DNA from: Dicyema japonicum
Lineage: Eukaryota; Animalia; Dicyemida
Reading direction: 5' to 3'
NCBI GenBank assembly: GCA_011109175.1
Contig: RDEW01000043.1
Location: 186,001 to 250,000, forward strand
Length of the DNA: 64,000 nucleotides
Below, in pieces: positions 50,831 to 63,559 of this stretch (position 1 is the stretch's first letter; every line of letters starts with the position of its first letter). The notes under the pieces are model-generated. The model ran no database searches and was not told the DNA's origin. It saw nothing but the letters and a program-made list of their open reading frames with translations. A program made the translations under genes and the position numbers.

Positions 50831-50999
50831 TACTACTTTCAGGATATTCTGCCATTTTTGGAATGGCAACTTGCTTCCATCTGCTTCTATATCCACTGTC
50901 CTGTTGGATATTCTCTTATCAGAGGTAAAGAGAGACGTAACCGATTTTTCCGGGCTGATCGACTAACTATTTTCATTTAACCAGTAGATTAAGCAGTTT

Positions 51000-51640
51000 A
51001 CAAGTAATAGTAATCACGCCGAGGCGACCTGAACGTCTTGGTCTCTAGATGCAATAACAATATCATCTGCATAAGCCAATAAAAGGTCATCCTCAAGCTC
51101 AGGAGGAGAATCATTCAGAAAAGTTGAAGAGTATAGGGACAGAGGAGATCCTTGGTGTAATTTATTTAGAATTAAACGGGAGCTCGACCGTAGGTTCCCA
51201 AACAGACTCGTCCTTTTTGTCCACTGAGGAAATTCACCAGCCAGAGTTTGAAATTCCCAGGTATATCCATCTGATAGATTTTCCTGGTGAGTCTTTATCT
51301 TGAGATGTAGTCGAATGCCTTGTGAATATCTACAGAACATAGAATTATCTTTTTATGCCTGGGTTTGTTGGTGAACCCTGAGCAAATAAAATCACTCAGG
51401 GATAGTAGGTGGGTCTCTGTCGAGTGAAAAAAATTTAAATCTGTATTGGAATGGTTTCTCTAGGATTGTTTCTCTGATCTTCTTAAGAACTAGTTTTTCC
51501 AGAATTTTCGATATTGAAGATAGTAACGATACCGGTCTGAATGATGCCGGATCGTTTTCTGGTTTTCCCATCTTCAGTATAGGGCGGATGTAGGTGAGTT
51601 TCCATAGTGAAGAGGGATTACCAGCAATCTGGAGTAAAAT
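51000..51640 (-). mobile_element. Vingi-like RT fragment
   Basis: PILKMGKPENDPASFRPVSLLSSISKILEKL; HQGSPLS; LLLAYADDIVIAS. Confidence 0.8.
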
Positions 51641-51789
51641 CCGCTTAATTAGTTAATTTACTCGTTAATTTATTTAACATCAAAGTTTAGATAAATTTAG
51701 GTCAGTTTGAATAAGAATTTTGTGTTCTAATTGCGATCAGGTTTTCAAAGTTTTGCAAAAACTATATTTTTGAAATTTTATTGTTAATA

Positions 51790-53080
51790 GGGGCTACATT
51801 GGGGTCAAGCTGGACATCTGCAATGCCTTCAATTCACTGAGGAGGGATCAAATTTTCGAAACTACAAGCAAACGAGCCCCAGAACTTATTCCACTTGTCT
51901 ACTTCGCTTACGGAACTAATTCTTCACTGGTTTTCGGGGACAAGATTATCTGTTCAGAGACTGGAGTCCAACAAGAGGACCCACTTGGTCCACTTCTCTT
52001 TGCTCTAGTCATTGAGAAAATCAGCTAAATTTCTTCTAAACATCCATTTTGACGTGCCGAATTGGAATCAATGCAAGCTTCCTACACGCCTCGAAGGTTC
52101 TGATCTCAGGTCGGCACTGGAGATCGCCTTTCCAGCATATGTGTCATCGCTCTCAAGTGGAAGCCTTTTGGTCAAAAATATCCTACGTTTTCCAACCGGA
52201 CTTTCTTGGGAAAAAGTCTTCGACGAAGCTCGACGCGAATGGTGTGAAACTGGTTTGGATACCCCGAACGATCCTTCGAGGCAACGTAACTGGGATGAGA
52301 TCTAGTCCAAGAATATCTTCGATGTGCTAAAGTCTGAAGCCAACCAGCATCGTCTTGCATGTCTTTTGTCCGCCGCCAACCATGGGAGCGGAGCGTGGCT
52401 AGATGCACTCCAGTGTTCTTCCTTAGGGACCCTTTTGGACGATGACAGAATTCGGATTGGGACCGCACAACGCCTGGGAGTTGATGTTTGCGTCGAACAC
52501 AAATGTCGTTGTGGAGGGATCGTCGATGCCAAAGGGCTGCATCCGCTCTCGTGCAAAAGGAGTGCAGGCAAAGCACCCCGCTACGCTGCTATGAACAACA
52601 TTATCATACGTGCTTTTTAAGCTGCAGGCTTACCGGCACTAGTGGATCCAATGGAATTGAACCGCGAAGACGGGAAAAGACCGAATGGGTTGACTATATT
52701 TCCGTTCACTGAGGGAAAATCGCTCGTATGGGACTGCACTGTTGTGGATTTTTTCTCGAACTCGATGATACTCAGCTCGGCGCAGTCTGCTGGATCGGCA
52801 GCCGATCTGGCCGAAAAAATCAAGATTAAAAAATATGGCGAAATTGGAGACCGCTACCGTTTTGTACCGGTGGCAATCGAGACGTCTGGTGCGGTCGGAA
52901 GTATCACAGCCTCTTTCCTGAAGGAAATCGGGGGGAAATTGGCCCACCGTAAGAACGACGTGCGGGAATCAATCTGGCTGAGGCAACGAATTGGGATCGC
53001 AGTTGTCCGCCAAAACGCTTACTCCGTAATGTCAGCAGCCGATCTCCCTCATAGTTAATAAATAATATTTTATTGTTAAA
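51790..53080 (+). mobile_element. Internally deleted CRE-like element, 3' half
   Basis: AFNSL, GVQQEDPLGP, GSGAWLDAL, CRCGG..HPLSC, KRPNG..WDCTVVD..FVPVAIETSG. Confidence 0.85.
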
Positions 53081-53269
53081 TAAAACATAATTGTATTTAG
53101 CACGCTATATAGTATTTTTAGTGATGCCAAAACCCAAGTGTTCTTGCTTAAGAAAGGTAAGCGTATAGTCTTGGAATTCAAAGATGAGTTCTGTATTGCT
53201 GATGATGGCCTTCTATTTTGTTCTCTGTTTATCCAAAGTCAACTGTTCAAAAAAATTTTCAGTTGATGT

Positions 53270-54320
53270 TTTATAAATGAGTTGACAAAATTATTAACGT
53301 ACAGTAAACTCTCTTAAATTTGCAATTCTCAGATTTGCCATTTTTTAAAGAAATATTCTAATTTTAGTGGAAATTTGCCAGAATTTTTGAAAGTTTTTAA
53401 AAAAATTACTGAAAATTAAAACAATAAAACATTATTCAATAGCATGCCTCCGTTGTGATTCTAGTGGTAGATATACAAGACTCACTATCGAACAAAAAGA
53501 TCAAATATTGCGTTGTAAGGATGACAACAACTTATTATCATGCCAATAAATGGTTGATAAATTTTCCTCTCTGTTTAAAGTGAACATTTCCCGATGGTCA
53601 GTTAACGCTATCTTAAAGAGTCGTGAGTCAATTTTGGAATAATTCAAAACAAAAATTTATCAACAAAAACAGTCAAAAAGTTAAAGTACCTGCAACTTGA
53701 TGAAAAGCTTGTTGAGTGGATGAATTTGATGGAGACAAAAAGTATTCTTAATGTTTTTAAAATTTAAGGTGCATTGTTGAACGTTGCACTAACATCCAGT
53801 AAAGCAGAATTCTTCGCTAAGCATTTGTTCAAGGATGTCGGATACCCACCTGATGTGGTAATTACTAGGTATTCTTTTGCTTAATTTATGCAGGTAGGAA
53901 AGTTGGTTTGAAGCAGTGAAATATTATTTCATGAATTTTGAAATAATATTTGAAATTGTTAACGCATTTCAGTCAGATAGAGTTTTAGTATCAAATGCTA
54001 AACATTATGTTAACAATCCGGATATTAAGGTTAAATTAACGGAAATCATATTCAATTATTCGCAAATAGTAAGTTTCGGAGTGTTGCGACTACTCAATCA
54101 GTCGGGCATATTAATGATATACACGGACTACAATTTGATAATGACAAGGCAAACATCAAAAGTTGTATAATTAAAGGACTGGAGGAAAATGGATTTAAAC
54201 TTATTATTGAAATAATTGAACCAAAAATTAGCCAACAAGATTATTTTTGTCTTTCACGCTGTCAGGCATCCTCTGAATCTGTTGAAAGAGCTATTAAAAT
54301 GCTAAAAAATAATTTAACAA
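53270..54320 (+). mobile_element. Degenerate pogo/Tigger remnant
   Basis: TACAGTAAACTC TIR-like start; HTH fragment YTRLTIEQKDQIL; disrupted frames. Confidence 0.55.
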
Positions 54321-54499
54321 AAGGATAGGATCTTCCATCCGAACAATATCAAACATTATCTTTTATTAAATTATAATAAATAAAATTTAAATGTTATATT
54401 TTATTATTTTAAGTTATAAATTTTAAAATTTTAAATGTTAGATTTTATTATTTTAAGTGCTATTTTTTAATTATAATTGCTAGATTTTGTGATTTTTTA

Positions 54500-56230
54500 G
54501 CGCTAAAATTTTTTTTCCCAGCCACTTGGAGAATAGTGATTCGGGGTCAAGGACATCACAACGGAAAACCCAGAAGACACAGACATATCCTTCAAAACAA
54601 GGCCTTCTCTGTTCGTCCCCAAACAACCAAACGAGGTATCTTTCGAGTTTAAGTCTTCCAAAAGGATCGAGAACGGTGCATTTTCATCATGAAACAAATT
54701 CTCGATAAGATAAGGATACAAAGATAATTTTTTAGAATACATTCCTCCAATTTTCATTTTCCACTCGTACTTCCAGGGAAACAAACTCACACAATTCTTG
54801 GGATATGATTTTCAAGTTACGAACCTTTAGATTTAGTCTGTAGAACAAAGATGCACCCGTTCCCTCAACCAGAATTCCATTTAATATCAAGAGAACCCTC
54901 ACTCTATCCCTCATGTTGATAATTACCCTCACTCTTTAACTTGGTTTTATTAACAATTAATATATAATCGAGATTGGTGGATAGCATATGCACATCTCAG
55001 AACGCCTTCTCTATAAGGATCGGCCGTTTTGAACAGACTTCATGCTTGTAGAACCTCTGCCTCTCCAAAAAAGTGCACCAAAGGCTCCTGACGTCAAAAC
55101 CAATTTGGCACAAATATAAACCAGTTTGTCAACAGCTTTTATCAATTCCAAGTCTGCAACTGGGGCTTCCACCAGATTAGGAGTCCGACAGTATTCCCTT
55201 TGTTCATGTAATTGGTAACATTGTTTGTATTGTCAGAGGTTCGGTTAGTATCCACGGTCGACATTTTCGTGTCTATTTGGGTTAAAATCACATTTTATGA
55301 GGTGTGTAGATATTCCTCAAACACTTTCAACAGCCTCAGCTTTAGCCCACTTAACGGGTCGAGACACCGTCTTAGTCGTGTCTATTGTTCTTTCTTCTAA
55401 GACAGCCTTTGCTGAAGAAAAAGCACCATAACAAGCCAAATGAATAACTGTCCGCAGCTAGTGCATTTTTTTCAATTTCCTTAGCCAAACAAGAGTTCAC
55501 ATTGTGATCTCCACCACAAATTAAGCACCTTTCCTTATCCTTGCAGAAATTCGCAATGTGCCCAAATTTTTGGCATCGGTAGCACTTAGTTACCGGTTTC
55601 ATGTACCATTCAAAACGAACTTTCTGGAATTTAAACACCATCCCCAGTCTCACAAGTGTGGTGGCTTCCGCCCTAGATTTCAAAGTTAATTTTCCAACAG
55701 GAAAACTGCGCCCGTCCTTCGTGAAACTTTAAAGAGAAACCAGGTGAGTTTCTGTAAAATAGATTCAAGTCATCATCTGAAATCCAAGAAGGGATTCCCT
55801 TCACAACAAAAGTAGAAGGATATAGAAAGGAAGTGGCAAAAACATGTCCAACAATACCAAATGGCGCTTTCAAGCCAAAATCATCGACACAAGCGTCCAC
55901 ATCTTCTTTTGAGGCAAATTCAAGCGTAAATATGCCTGATTTCCTAATTGTAATTCTTGCCTTACTGGCAGTCGCTGAGTTTGATAGTATGTTAAAACGT
56001 TTAATCCGTCCCAAAGACATGTTTTTAATTTCCAGATTCACTACAAAAAAATCATATGTCAAGTTAGAAGTGACAGCTTGTCCTGACACGACAATTTCAT
56101 GTAGTTCATTGGTGGGTATTTCAATCCTCTTCCTTGATTTAGACTCCAATGTCGGTTTACCATCATTAGCCAGTTTTTTTTGGTGTTGTTTGATGATTTC
56201 TCAACTTTTTTTTGTCGAAATTTTGACACA
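54500..56230 (-). mobile_element. Jockey/I-group LINE 5' part: gag-like ORF1 and degenerate APE
   Basis: Zinc knuckles CYRCQKFGHIANFC and CLICGGDHNVNSC; downstream ILLEDLNSK..FGC..TNREG APE-like motif. Confidence 0.75.
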
Positions 56231-56234
56231 CATA

Positions 56235-56660
56235 ACGCAAGTGATAATGGTATGGAGTTTACAGCTGAAATAATAACTACACTTTCTGGATTGTGGAATG
56301 GAATTACCATTGTTCATGAAATTTTTATATTACTTTTATTTTAATTATCAGAAGACCTCGTCACCCTCAAAGTCAGGGATCAATAGAAAGCAAATTGCGA
56401 TATCAAAGATATACTTTGTGCATGGATGTCCCAAAATAAGACTTTGGATTGGACTATTGGAATCAATTTTGTACAGTTCTCAAAAATTCATCCTATCGTA
56501 CAACTATAAAACAATTCCCATATTCTGCTCTGTTCGGTGAAGATATGAGAATTGGATTACGATCAACAAATTTACACCAAGATTTTTTCAAAAAATAATG
56601 AAGATGATTTAAGTGAAATATGGATTTATATTGACAAAAATAGATGCAAATGATTAAAAA
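56235..56660 (+). mobile_element. Ginger/KRBA2-type integrase remnant
   Basis: DNGMEFTAEII..LW..IVH, then RPRHPQSQGSIE and PYSALFG; an AT-rich intron-like spacer ending in CAG interrupts the H-G-K-P-R-H motif. Confidence 0.6.
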
Positions 56661-56884
56661 ATAATTATAAATGCTATATCAGATGTCACAAAAATAACAA
56701 CTGCTTAAATCAACTTCAATAATTATTTTAAAAAATTTTTGTGACATTTTTAACCATTTTAACCCGAAACAATAATAGTCTTATCTTTCTACGTCAGGCT
56801 GACCATAATCAGATTAGATCAAAATAAGTGAGAAAACTTATTACAATTTTAATTTAGTCAATTCATGAAATGACTGAATCATTT

Positions 56885-57000
56885 TCTAGTCTACTCCAGT
56901 GGCTACTACAGTTGATCTCTGTTGCAATCGTGAGAGGTAGCGCAACGTCGATAGTTTGGCTGGGTCCACTTTGGATGGATGGCAGTTTTAATAAAAGAAT
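56885..57000 (+). mobile_element. 3' terminus of the 15125-18120 CRE family
   Basis: Near-identical to 18019-18114. Confidence 0.85.
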
Positions 57001-58042
57001 AAATTTGTGTTTAAATTTCATGAATTGACTGCAACATCAATTTTGTGAGTGGCAAGAAAAGCAAAAATTCAGTAAATATGTAAAGCAGTATGTTGAGTAG
57101 AATAACATTTAGAAAAATCGTTTTTCAGGGACTAGTGTTCTGTCTACTAAGCCCGACGAGAATTTGGAATATCCAAATAGATCTTCGGGAGCGAATTAAT
57201 TGCGCTCGCTCAACAGCCGTCATCAAAAGGCTCGACTTGCATAAGGTTGAAGAACAGTTGATGGGGGAATATTTGTGTTCTTTGAGTTTATGGATTAAAT
57301 TTGTCATCCAAATTTAATTGATTTTTATAGTTTCAATAATTAATGATTTATTTGCTTTGGTCTTATTGTCATAGAGTTTTCATCAATACAATTGAAGTTA
57401 TCTTTGATTTCTTTATGCACATAGCGACAACTGACTGACTAATTTTGTAAGTCTAAAAGAAGAGTTTTTGAAAGAGAATATAATTCATAATAGTATAAAA
57501 ACTTTTCTGAATGGAAAGAACTGGTGGAGACTTTGATCCTTATTTTGTACATTTAATTATGACATAATTTGTCTCATCTATGTTTTTCATGTTTATAAAC
57601 ATTTGATCAATAAATTCCCGCTGTTTTCTTGATTAAGTGGAGTTTAGTATTAAAAATTATTTTTTACGAAATTAAATTTTTTTGAATAAACATTTTATAA
57701 TTGAAAAAAGAATTTTATTATTTTTAGTCAATTCAAGTAAAGGAAATTGGTAATGATCCACTAAAAGTAACGACCAAAAGCGGACGCTACAGAAATCAGT
57801 CAAATGATCTGTTGTGAAGAAATACAAGAAAAAAGATGGTCTGCTTTGTGGCCATCTAGTGAGTATTACGAAACTGATTGCCCGATTCTGTTGATATATT
57901 TTTGTAAAGCTCACCACGTTTACATGATTAGTAAGCCCAAAAAAGCTTAGATGCAAAATTAATAATTACTAAATATATAAATAATCAATAAACAACGTCA
58001 TAATTTATTTTAGTTTGTTAATTAGTAAGGATTTAGTAAATA

Positions 58043-58881
58043 TTAGTTGGGTGAATCATTACTTGAATTATCAAACTCTTCTGATCCCAAGTCTAAATAG
58101 TAAGAGTTATCAAACTCCAAAGATTTATGTTGTCTTTGATAATCTGAACAATTCCAGCAGAATCATTGGTGGGAGATAGTGCATCACATGTGGAATCACA
58201 GAATATGTTTGAAATTGCAGAATTGGCAATGTTAAGGGCTCTTTTCTTGTCATTTAAAACTTCATAGTAAAAGACGGAAAAATTAAGAGCTATTCCAAGT
58301 CTAATAACGTTGGTTGGGTGAAGGTTCAGAGCCACAGATTCAGCGTTCACGTAAGATTGGAGACTCGCCGACACGTAATCTTCATTCGGAGACATAACCT
58401 CTGCTAAATATCGGTTGTAATCTCCAATCCTGCAAAAAATTTAAAATAAAAAACATCTTTTCAAAAAAAGCACGTGTCTCGATCGAAGAGTATTGACTTT
58501 CAATGAACTTTTTTCCATATTTGAGGACAAAATCTTTAATTTTAATGATTTCGCTGACGCACTGAGAGTAAAAGCTCACGAACCTTTTGCCGAATATCTG
58601 CTATGACTTTGGTAGAATATGAGCCAGAGTACTTTTCCCGACAAACGAGGACGTCCAAAACACGGATGGCATTTCGATGTTCCGTTATTTTTCTTTTGCA
58701 GCAGGAAAAAAAACAGTTTCTAATGAAATCAGGAATGTCGTCGATTGAATCACCGTCTAAAAAGTTTTTAAGAAGAATCATCGTGTCTGGTCAATTGAGT
58801 TAAAATACCTTTGGATCTCATTATTTGATCGCTTATATAAATTCCTAGTTGAGTATTCGGCCAAATTAAAGATTCAATCAT
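58043..58881 (-). CDS. Divergent 14-3-3-like protein, 4-5 exons
   Basis: FFEKM|IGDYNRYLAEV, LHPTNVIRLGIALNFSVFYYEVLN, IVQIIKDNINLW; introns of 22, 22 and 25 nt and possibly 23 nt. Start and last exon uncertain (unspliced stop at 58093). Confidence 0.85.
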
Positions 58882-59036
58882 CGAGTTTATTTATACCTTT
58901 TATATTTAATTTTATAAATTTTTTACTAACTTTAAATTAAATAAAAATTAATATATATTTTCAATTCTTCATTTTTTCGTGATTAATATTTTAATTTTAA
59001 GTTTTTAACTATTATTGTAAGACAACATAGAATCAT

Positions 59037-61148
59037 GACTGAGAAGAAGCTCTGGTCTCAGCCGCTGCTGGTGACAAACTACCAAAAACATATAAAGAAC
59101 CACCTATATACATTGCCAGCTAATATGACTATACAAGACCTATGGGATCAGACCAAAAGCATTATTTGCCTTGCCGCAAACACCCACCTTGGAGTGAGAC
59201 GGCAGACAACCGGAAATATGTCACTTGGCCATCCAGACTCCTTATTACTGGCAAAACAACAACGAGAAATATGGATACAGAGTCTAAACACGACGGATAT
59301 ACATATCAAAAACAAACTACGAACTGAACGAAATATTATCAAGAGAAGAATCATGAAGCTTAATAATGAACACTCGAAGGATGTCTTCCTATCACATCTT
59401 AGAGAGCTGGAGCAACTAAAGGACAATGCACAAATGTTCGCTGCAGTCCGACTAATGCGAGGAAAGAAAAAAGCGACAGTACATGTTATGGATGGGAAGG
59501 GGAAACTTATCTTAAAACCAGACGAACAGATCGAATTGATTGCTGCCCATTTTGAAAAACTGTTCAATGCGAACGGCCAAGAACTGGCCCCTTTCATCGG
59601 AGAACCGCGGATGCTGGAAACAATTATCACATCTAAGGAAGTTCAGAGTGCGTGCAGTAAGCTAAAGAATCACAGGAGCGCTGGACCAGACAACATCCCT
59701 CCCGAACTGCTGAAATATGGACCTATGCGTCTATTCGAAACCATTGCGACATTGTTAAATGGAATGTTTACATCCAACTCTGTCCTACCACTGGGGAAAG
59801 GGACATTGATACCTATACAAAAGCCTAACAAACCAAAGGGACCACTAGAAAGCCTACGCCCAGTCATATTGTTAAACACATTACGAAAAGTTCTTGCATC
59901 TGTTGCTTTGGACCGCTTAAAACATCCTGCAGGAAATTACCTATCAGCATGCCATAGTGGATTTCGTGAAGGAAGGTCGACAGCGGACATTCTGTGGAGC
60001 CACAGGTGGCGGTGTGCAACGGCTCAAAGATACAAAAATGCCACGACCATCCTGGGGATCGATATGTCAAGAGCTTTCGACACCATTAGCCGACACAAGC
60101 TAATGGTTGTCCTTCATCAATTTGTGGACCAATCATTGCTACGGATAATCAGAGTACTTCTCTCAAGTACTGAACTGTCAGTCCGAATTGGGAGAACTCT
60201 ATCCCGACCATTCAAAACTACAATCGGCACTCCTCAGGGAGACTCCCTCTCCCCCTTACTATTTGTGATATATCTCGAAGCTGCACTAAAGGATCTAAGA
60301 ACTTGCTATGAAGGAAAAATAAACGAAGTCGTATACGCGGATGATGTGGATTTTATATCCGAGGATACAGAAGCTCTCACACATCTGCTGGAAAATGCAC
60401 CGGACAAACTGGGGGAATGGTTCCTCATCGTTAACCGGGCCAAAACGGAAATCACGGAAATCAAAAGAATGGACAACATCCTTAATGAACGTTGGCGACA
60501 TGTTAATAAGCTTGGATCCCTACTGGGGGACACAGAAGACATCATCAAAAGGAAAACACTTGCAGGAGTAGCAATGCGAAAACTCAAAAAGGGATGGCTG
60601 AAAGGACTAGATGTCAATCTGCGGATACGCATGTACAATGCATTTGTGAAACCGATACTGACATACAATGCTGGTACTTGGGCCTGTACAGGTGCGGAAT
60701 CAATGGCTCTCGATGGGTTCCACAGAAAACAGCTTAGAGTATTATTTGGCATGCAGTGGCCAGCCAGAATCTCGAATACCGGTATTTACAAAAAATGCAA
60801 GAGTAGGCCTCTAAGCCTGGAAATCACTGACGCCCGGTGGAGACTGTTTGGTCACGTACTACGCATGGATCTTGCTGCCCCGGCTAATGTGGCGATGGAG
60901 GACCATTTCATGTTCGAGGGCAAATGCTTCCGTGGCAGACCAAGGATGACCCTACCTATCATGCTGCACAAAGACCTCCAAAGGATGAAGAAATGCCTAA
61001 AGACGGGAGACGATCTGGACATGCTGAGATCGACTGCGTGTAACCGTGGAGGATGGAAGAGGCTAACTAATAACATTGTTTCTTGTATTGCACATGCTTT
61101 GCTATAACTATTATGGCAAGGCGATAAGTGCTGTAATAATAATAATAT
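59037..61148 (+). mobile_element. 5'-truncated RTE-like element with 13-bp TSD and uninterrupted RT ORF (59035-61107)
   Basis: TSD AACATAGAATCAT at 59024-59036 and 61149-61161; AGPDN, GIDMSRAFD, GTPQGDSLSP, YADD; 3' stem-loop 61090-61131; (TAA)n tail. Confidence 0.93.
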
Positions 61149-61893
61149 AACATAGAATCATATTACAAAACTCCATTCGTGCCACGTTTGTATGATCCTC
61201 GATACCACTCTCTCCTTCCTCTTATATTCAATGCTAAACTCCTCTGACTGCTGAGGTCTTCACCTGCCCTTAGTGTTCTTTTGCAGTCTCAAATCTCCAT
61301 GAAAGCTTTATTAAGCGAACCGCCTCTGAACTTCTCTTCAAAGAATTCTTCCAAGATAATGTTTGTTTGCATATCTCGCTCTATAGTTTTTTTAGCGCAT
61401 CTTCATGATCAGAATTCCAGAAGACCATCTTTTGTAAATGTTTCACTCCTTACATGATTTGACCACTTTAGTTTTAAGAGAGACCTAAGTTGGTTCCTAT
61501 GAAAATAGTCGACTATCGAAATTACCCATGTTCCCGAGTTATACGTAAGATCGTCTCACGAAAGGTTTCATACAATCTGAGTCGGAGTGATGGGCATACT
61601 AGACGCTTTTGGATCCATCCTTTCAAAAGCTTTTGCATGGTCACAGTAGATAACAATTTCCTTCTGGCAATGTCTTCGGAGTACACAAGAAGCAAGTCAA
61701 GTTTTGTGGTCTTCCTTCAGTTTTCGGTACTGCGTGGTTCCATCCGCTTGATCTCGACGATATTTGTCTTGGAAGGGTTCATTAATACAGATTATTTATC
61801 CAGGGGTCTGGTGCTACCTCCATGAGACGAATAAGTGCATCTTTGCTACTTGGAACATGTCATCATAATCGGCGTAAACAATTTTCATAAATA
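61149..61893 (-). mobile_element. Older RTE-like element (3' part); its RT continues at 63560-64000
   Basis: IVYADY, LRLRLYETF..ILTYNSGTW, DYFHRNQLRSL; joins the 63560-64000 segment once the Tigger element is removed. Confidence 0.75.
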
Positions 61894-63559
61894 CAGTCGA
61901 CCCCGTATTGGGGCACCAAGTGCCCCAAAAAGCGGGGGTGCCCCAAAAACAGGGGTTTAATAAAACAGAGATTTTAAACATCAAAAATCAATTATAGAAA
62001 AATAATCAGTTAATTTATCCCAGTTATCCTTTTACTTCTTACATTTTTCATAAAATTAAGTCGAAAATCGTAAAATTCTTTGAGCATTTCAGGAGATATG
62101 TAAAAAATTTTCTTCTCTAGCTGATCAAGAGAATCTTGCGTTTCTCTTTAGAATTGTTTCCATGTTATTGTTTTCTAAACCTTCGTTGTAAATATTATCA
62201 ACGAATTCGTCACTTTCCCCATTCAATGTTTCGTTTACGGCATTGTTGATCATTTCTTCTGTAATGGTATCTTCAATTTTTACGGAATCACGAATCTTTT
62301 CAATTTGATTCCAACAATTAAATATTAAACTTGGATCAAGTTTTTCCCAGCTTTTAGAAATTAGCAGAATTACATGACGAAGGTTTATTTTGTTTATCAA
62401 CCGTTTGAATTCATCATCATCCTCCTCAAAACACAAATACTGAATCAGATAATTTGAGTAATAATCTTTAAAGGTCTTGATAATTCCCATATCCAATGGT
62501 TGCAAATACGGTGTTGTATTTTTTGGCAAAAATAAAAACTCAATATTTGAGCATTCAATAGTTTTATGACATCCCGCATTATCAAGCAATATTAATACTT
62601 TTCTGTTGATTGTATAAAATCTTTCATTTATCCGAGTCAACCAGCTCATAAAAATATTTCCAGTCATCCATGCATTTTTAGAGGATGAATATGAAATTCC
62701 AAAATCTTTCACATTGAAATTTTTGAGACATCGAGGGTTTTTAAATTTTCCAACAATCAATGGCTCAAGTTTTTCCCCCATGGAATTGCAACAAAGAAGT
62801 ACAGTGACTCTTTCTTTTCCCTGTTTAAAGCCAAAAGTATCGTCATTTATTCCGACAAACGACTTTCGTGGAGTCCTTTTTATATAAAGAGCAGTTTCAT
62901 CACAATTAAAAACATTTTGTCTTCCATATTGAATAATTTTCTCATCAAGAATTTTAAAAAACTCATTGATGTAAGTCAAGTCACATGAATTTTTTTCTCC
63001 ACAAATTGATTTAAATTTCAGTTCATGTCGCTTTTTAAATCTGTCAAGCCAGCCGTTTGAAGCTTTGAAAGTATCAAATCCAATTTTTGAAGCCGTATAT
63101 AAGGCAATTTTCTTTATGAAAGGACCTGATATTGGAACCTTATCTTCGCGTAGTTTCTGAAATATTTCAAAAACTTGATCATCGAATTTAGATTTCTCAC
63201 AATAAGGCATAGGATCCTCATCCGTGTTTACAGTTCCTTGTTCAAGAAAAGGTACAATTGTTTTTTTTATTCGCGAAATCATGCCTTTACTAGTTTTGTA
63301 TTTTTTAATTATCTGTCTTTCAGATAATTTGTTCTTCAATATCAATTTAATATATAATTAATTTTTTTATTAATAAAATATAATTTATTTTATTATAATT
63401 ATTCCCACAATTTTATAGTGCCCCAAAATTTCCATATTTTTTATCGATTTTCCATTTTACTCTGCCAAAATGTTGGCCAAAAAAATGCCCAAAATGCGGG
63501 GGTGCCCCAAAATCCGAGGGTGCCCCCCTTGGGGTCTGCCTCAATTCGGGGTCGGACTG
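61894..63559 (-). mobile_element. Intact pogo/Tigger-family DNA transposon (1666 bp)
   Basis: Imperfect TIRs CAGTC(C)GACCCCG(T/A)ATTG(G/A)GGCA, TA TSD (61892-61893 and 63560-63561), GTGCCCCAAAA subterminal repeats at both ends. Confidence 0.93.
62125..63345 (-). CDS. pogo/Tigger transposase (HTH, CENP-B-type DNA-binding domain, DDD catalytic domain), 406 aa
   Basis: [40 protein letters not shown]; open frame. Confidence 0.93.
   Translation of the reverse strand: MILKNKLSERQIIKKYKTSKGMISRIKKTIVPFLEQGTVNTDEDPMPYCEKSKFDDQVFEIFQKLREDKVPISGPFIKKIALYTASKIGFDTFKASNGWLDRFKKRHELKFKSICGEKNSCDLTYINEFFKILDEKIIQYGRQNVFNCDETALYIKRTPRKSFVGINDDTFGFKQGKERVTVLLCCNSMGEKLEPLIVGKFKNPRCLKNFNVKDFGISYSSSKNAWMTGNIFMSWLTRINERFYTINRKVLILLDNAGCHKTIECSNIEFLFLPKNTTPYLQPLDMGIIKTFKDYYSNYLIQYLCFEEDDDEFKRLINKINLRHVILLISKSWEKLDPSLIFNCWNQIEKIRDSVKIEDTITEEMINNAVNETLNGESDEFVDNIYNEGLENNNMETILKRNARFS

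Noticed and set aside
61135-61150. A (TAT)n-tailed RTE subfamily ending tail-to-tail with the plus-strand RTE
   Set aside because: The 13-bp TSD shows the repeat is the plus-strand element's own (TAA)n tail, inserted into the older element.
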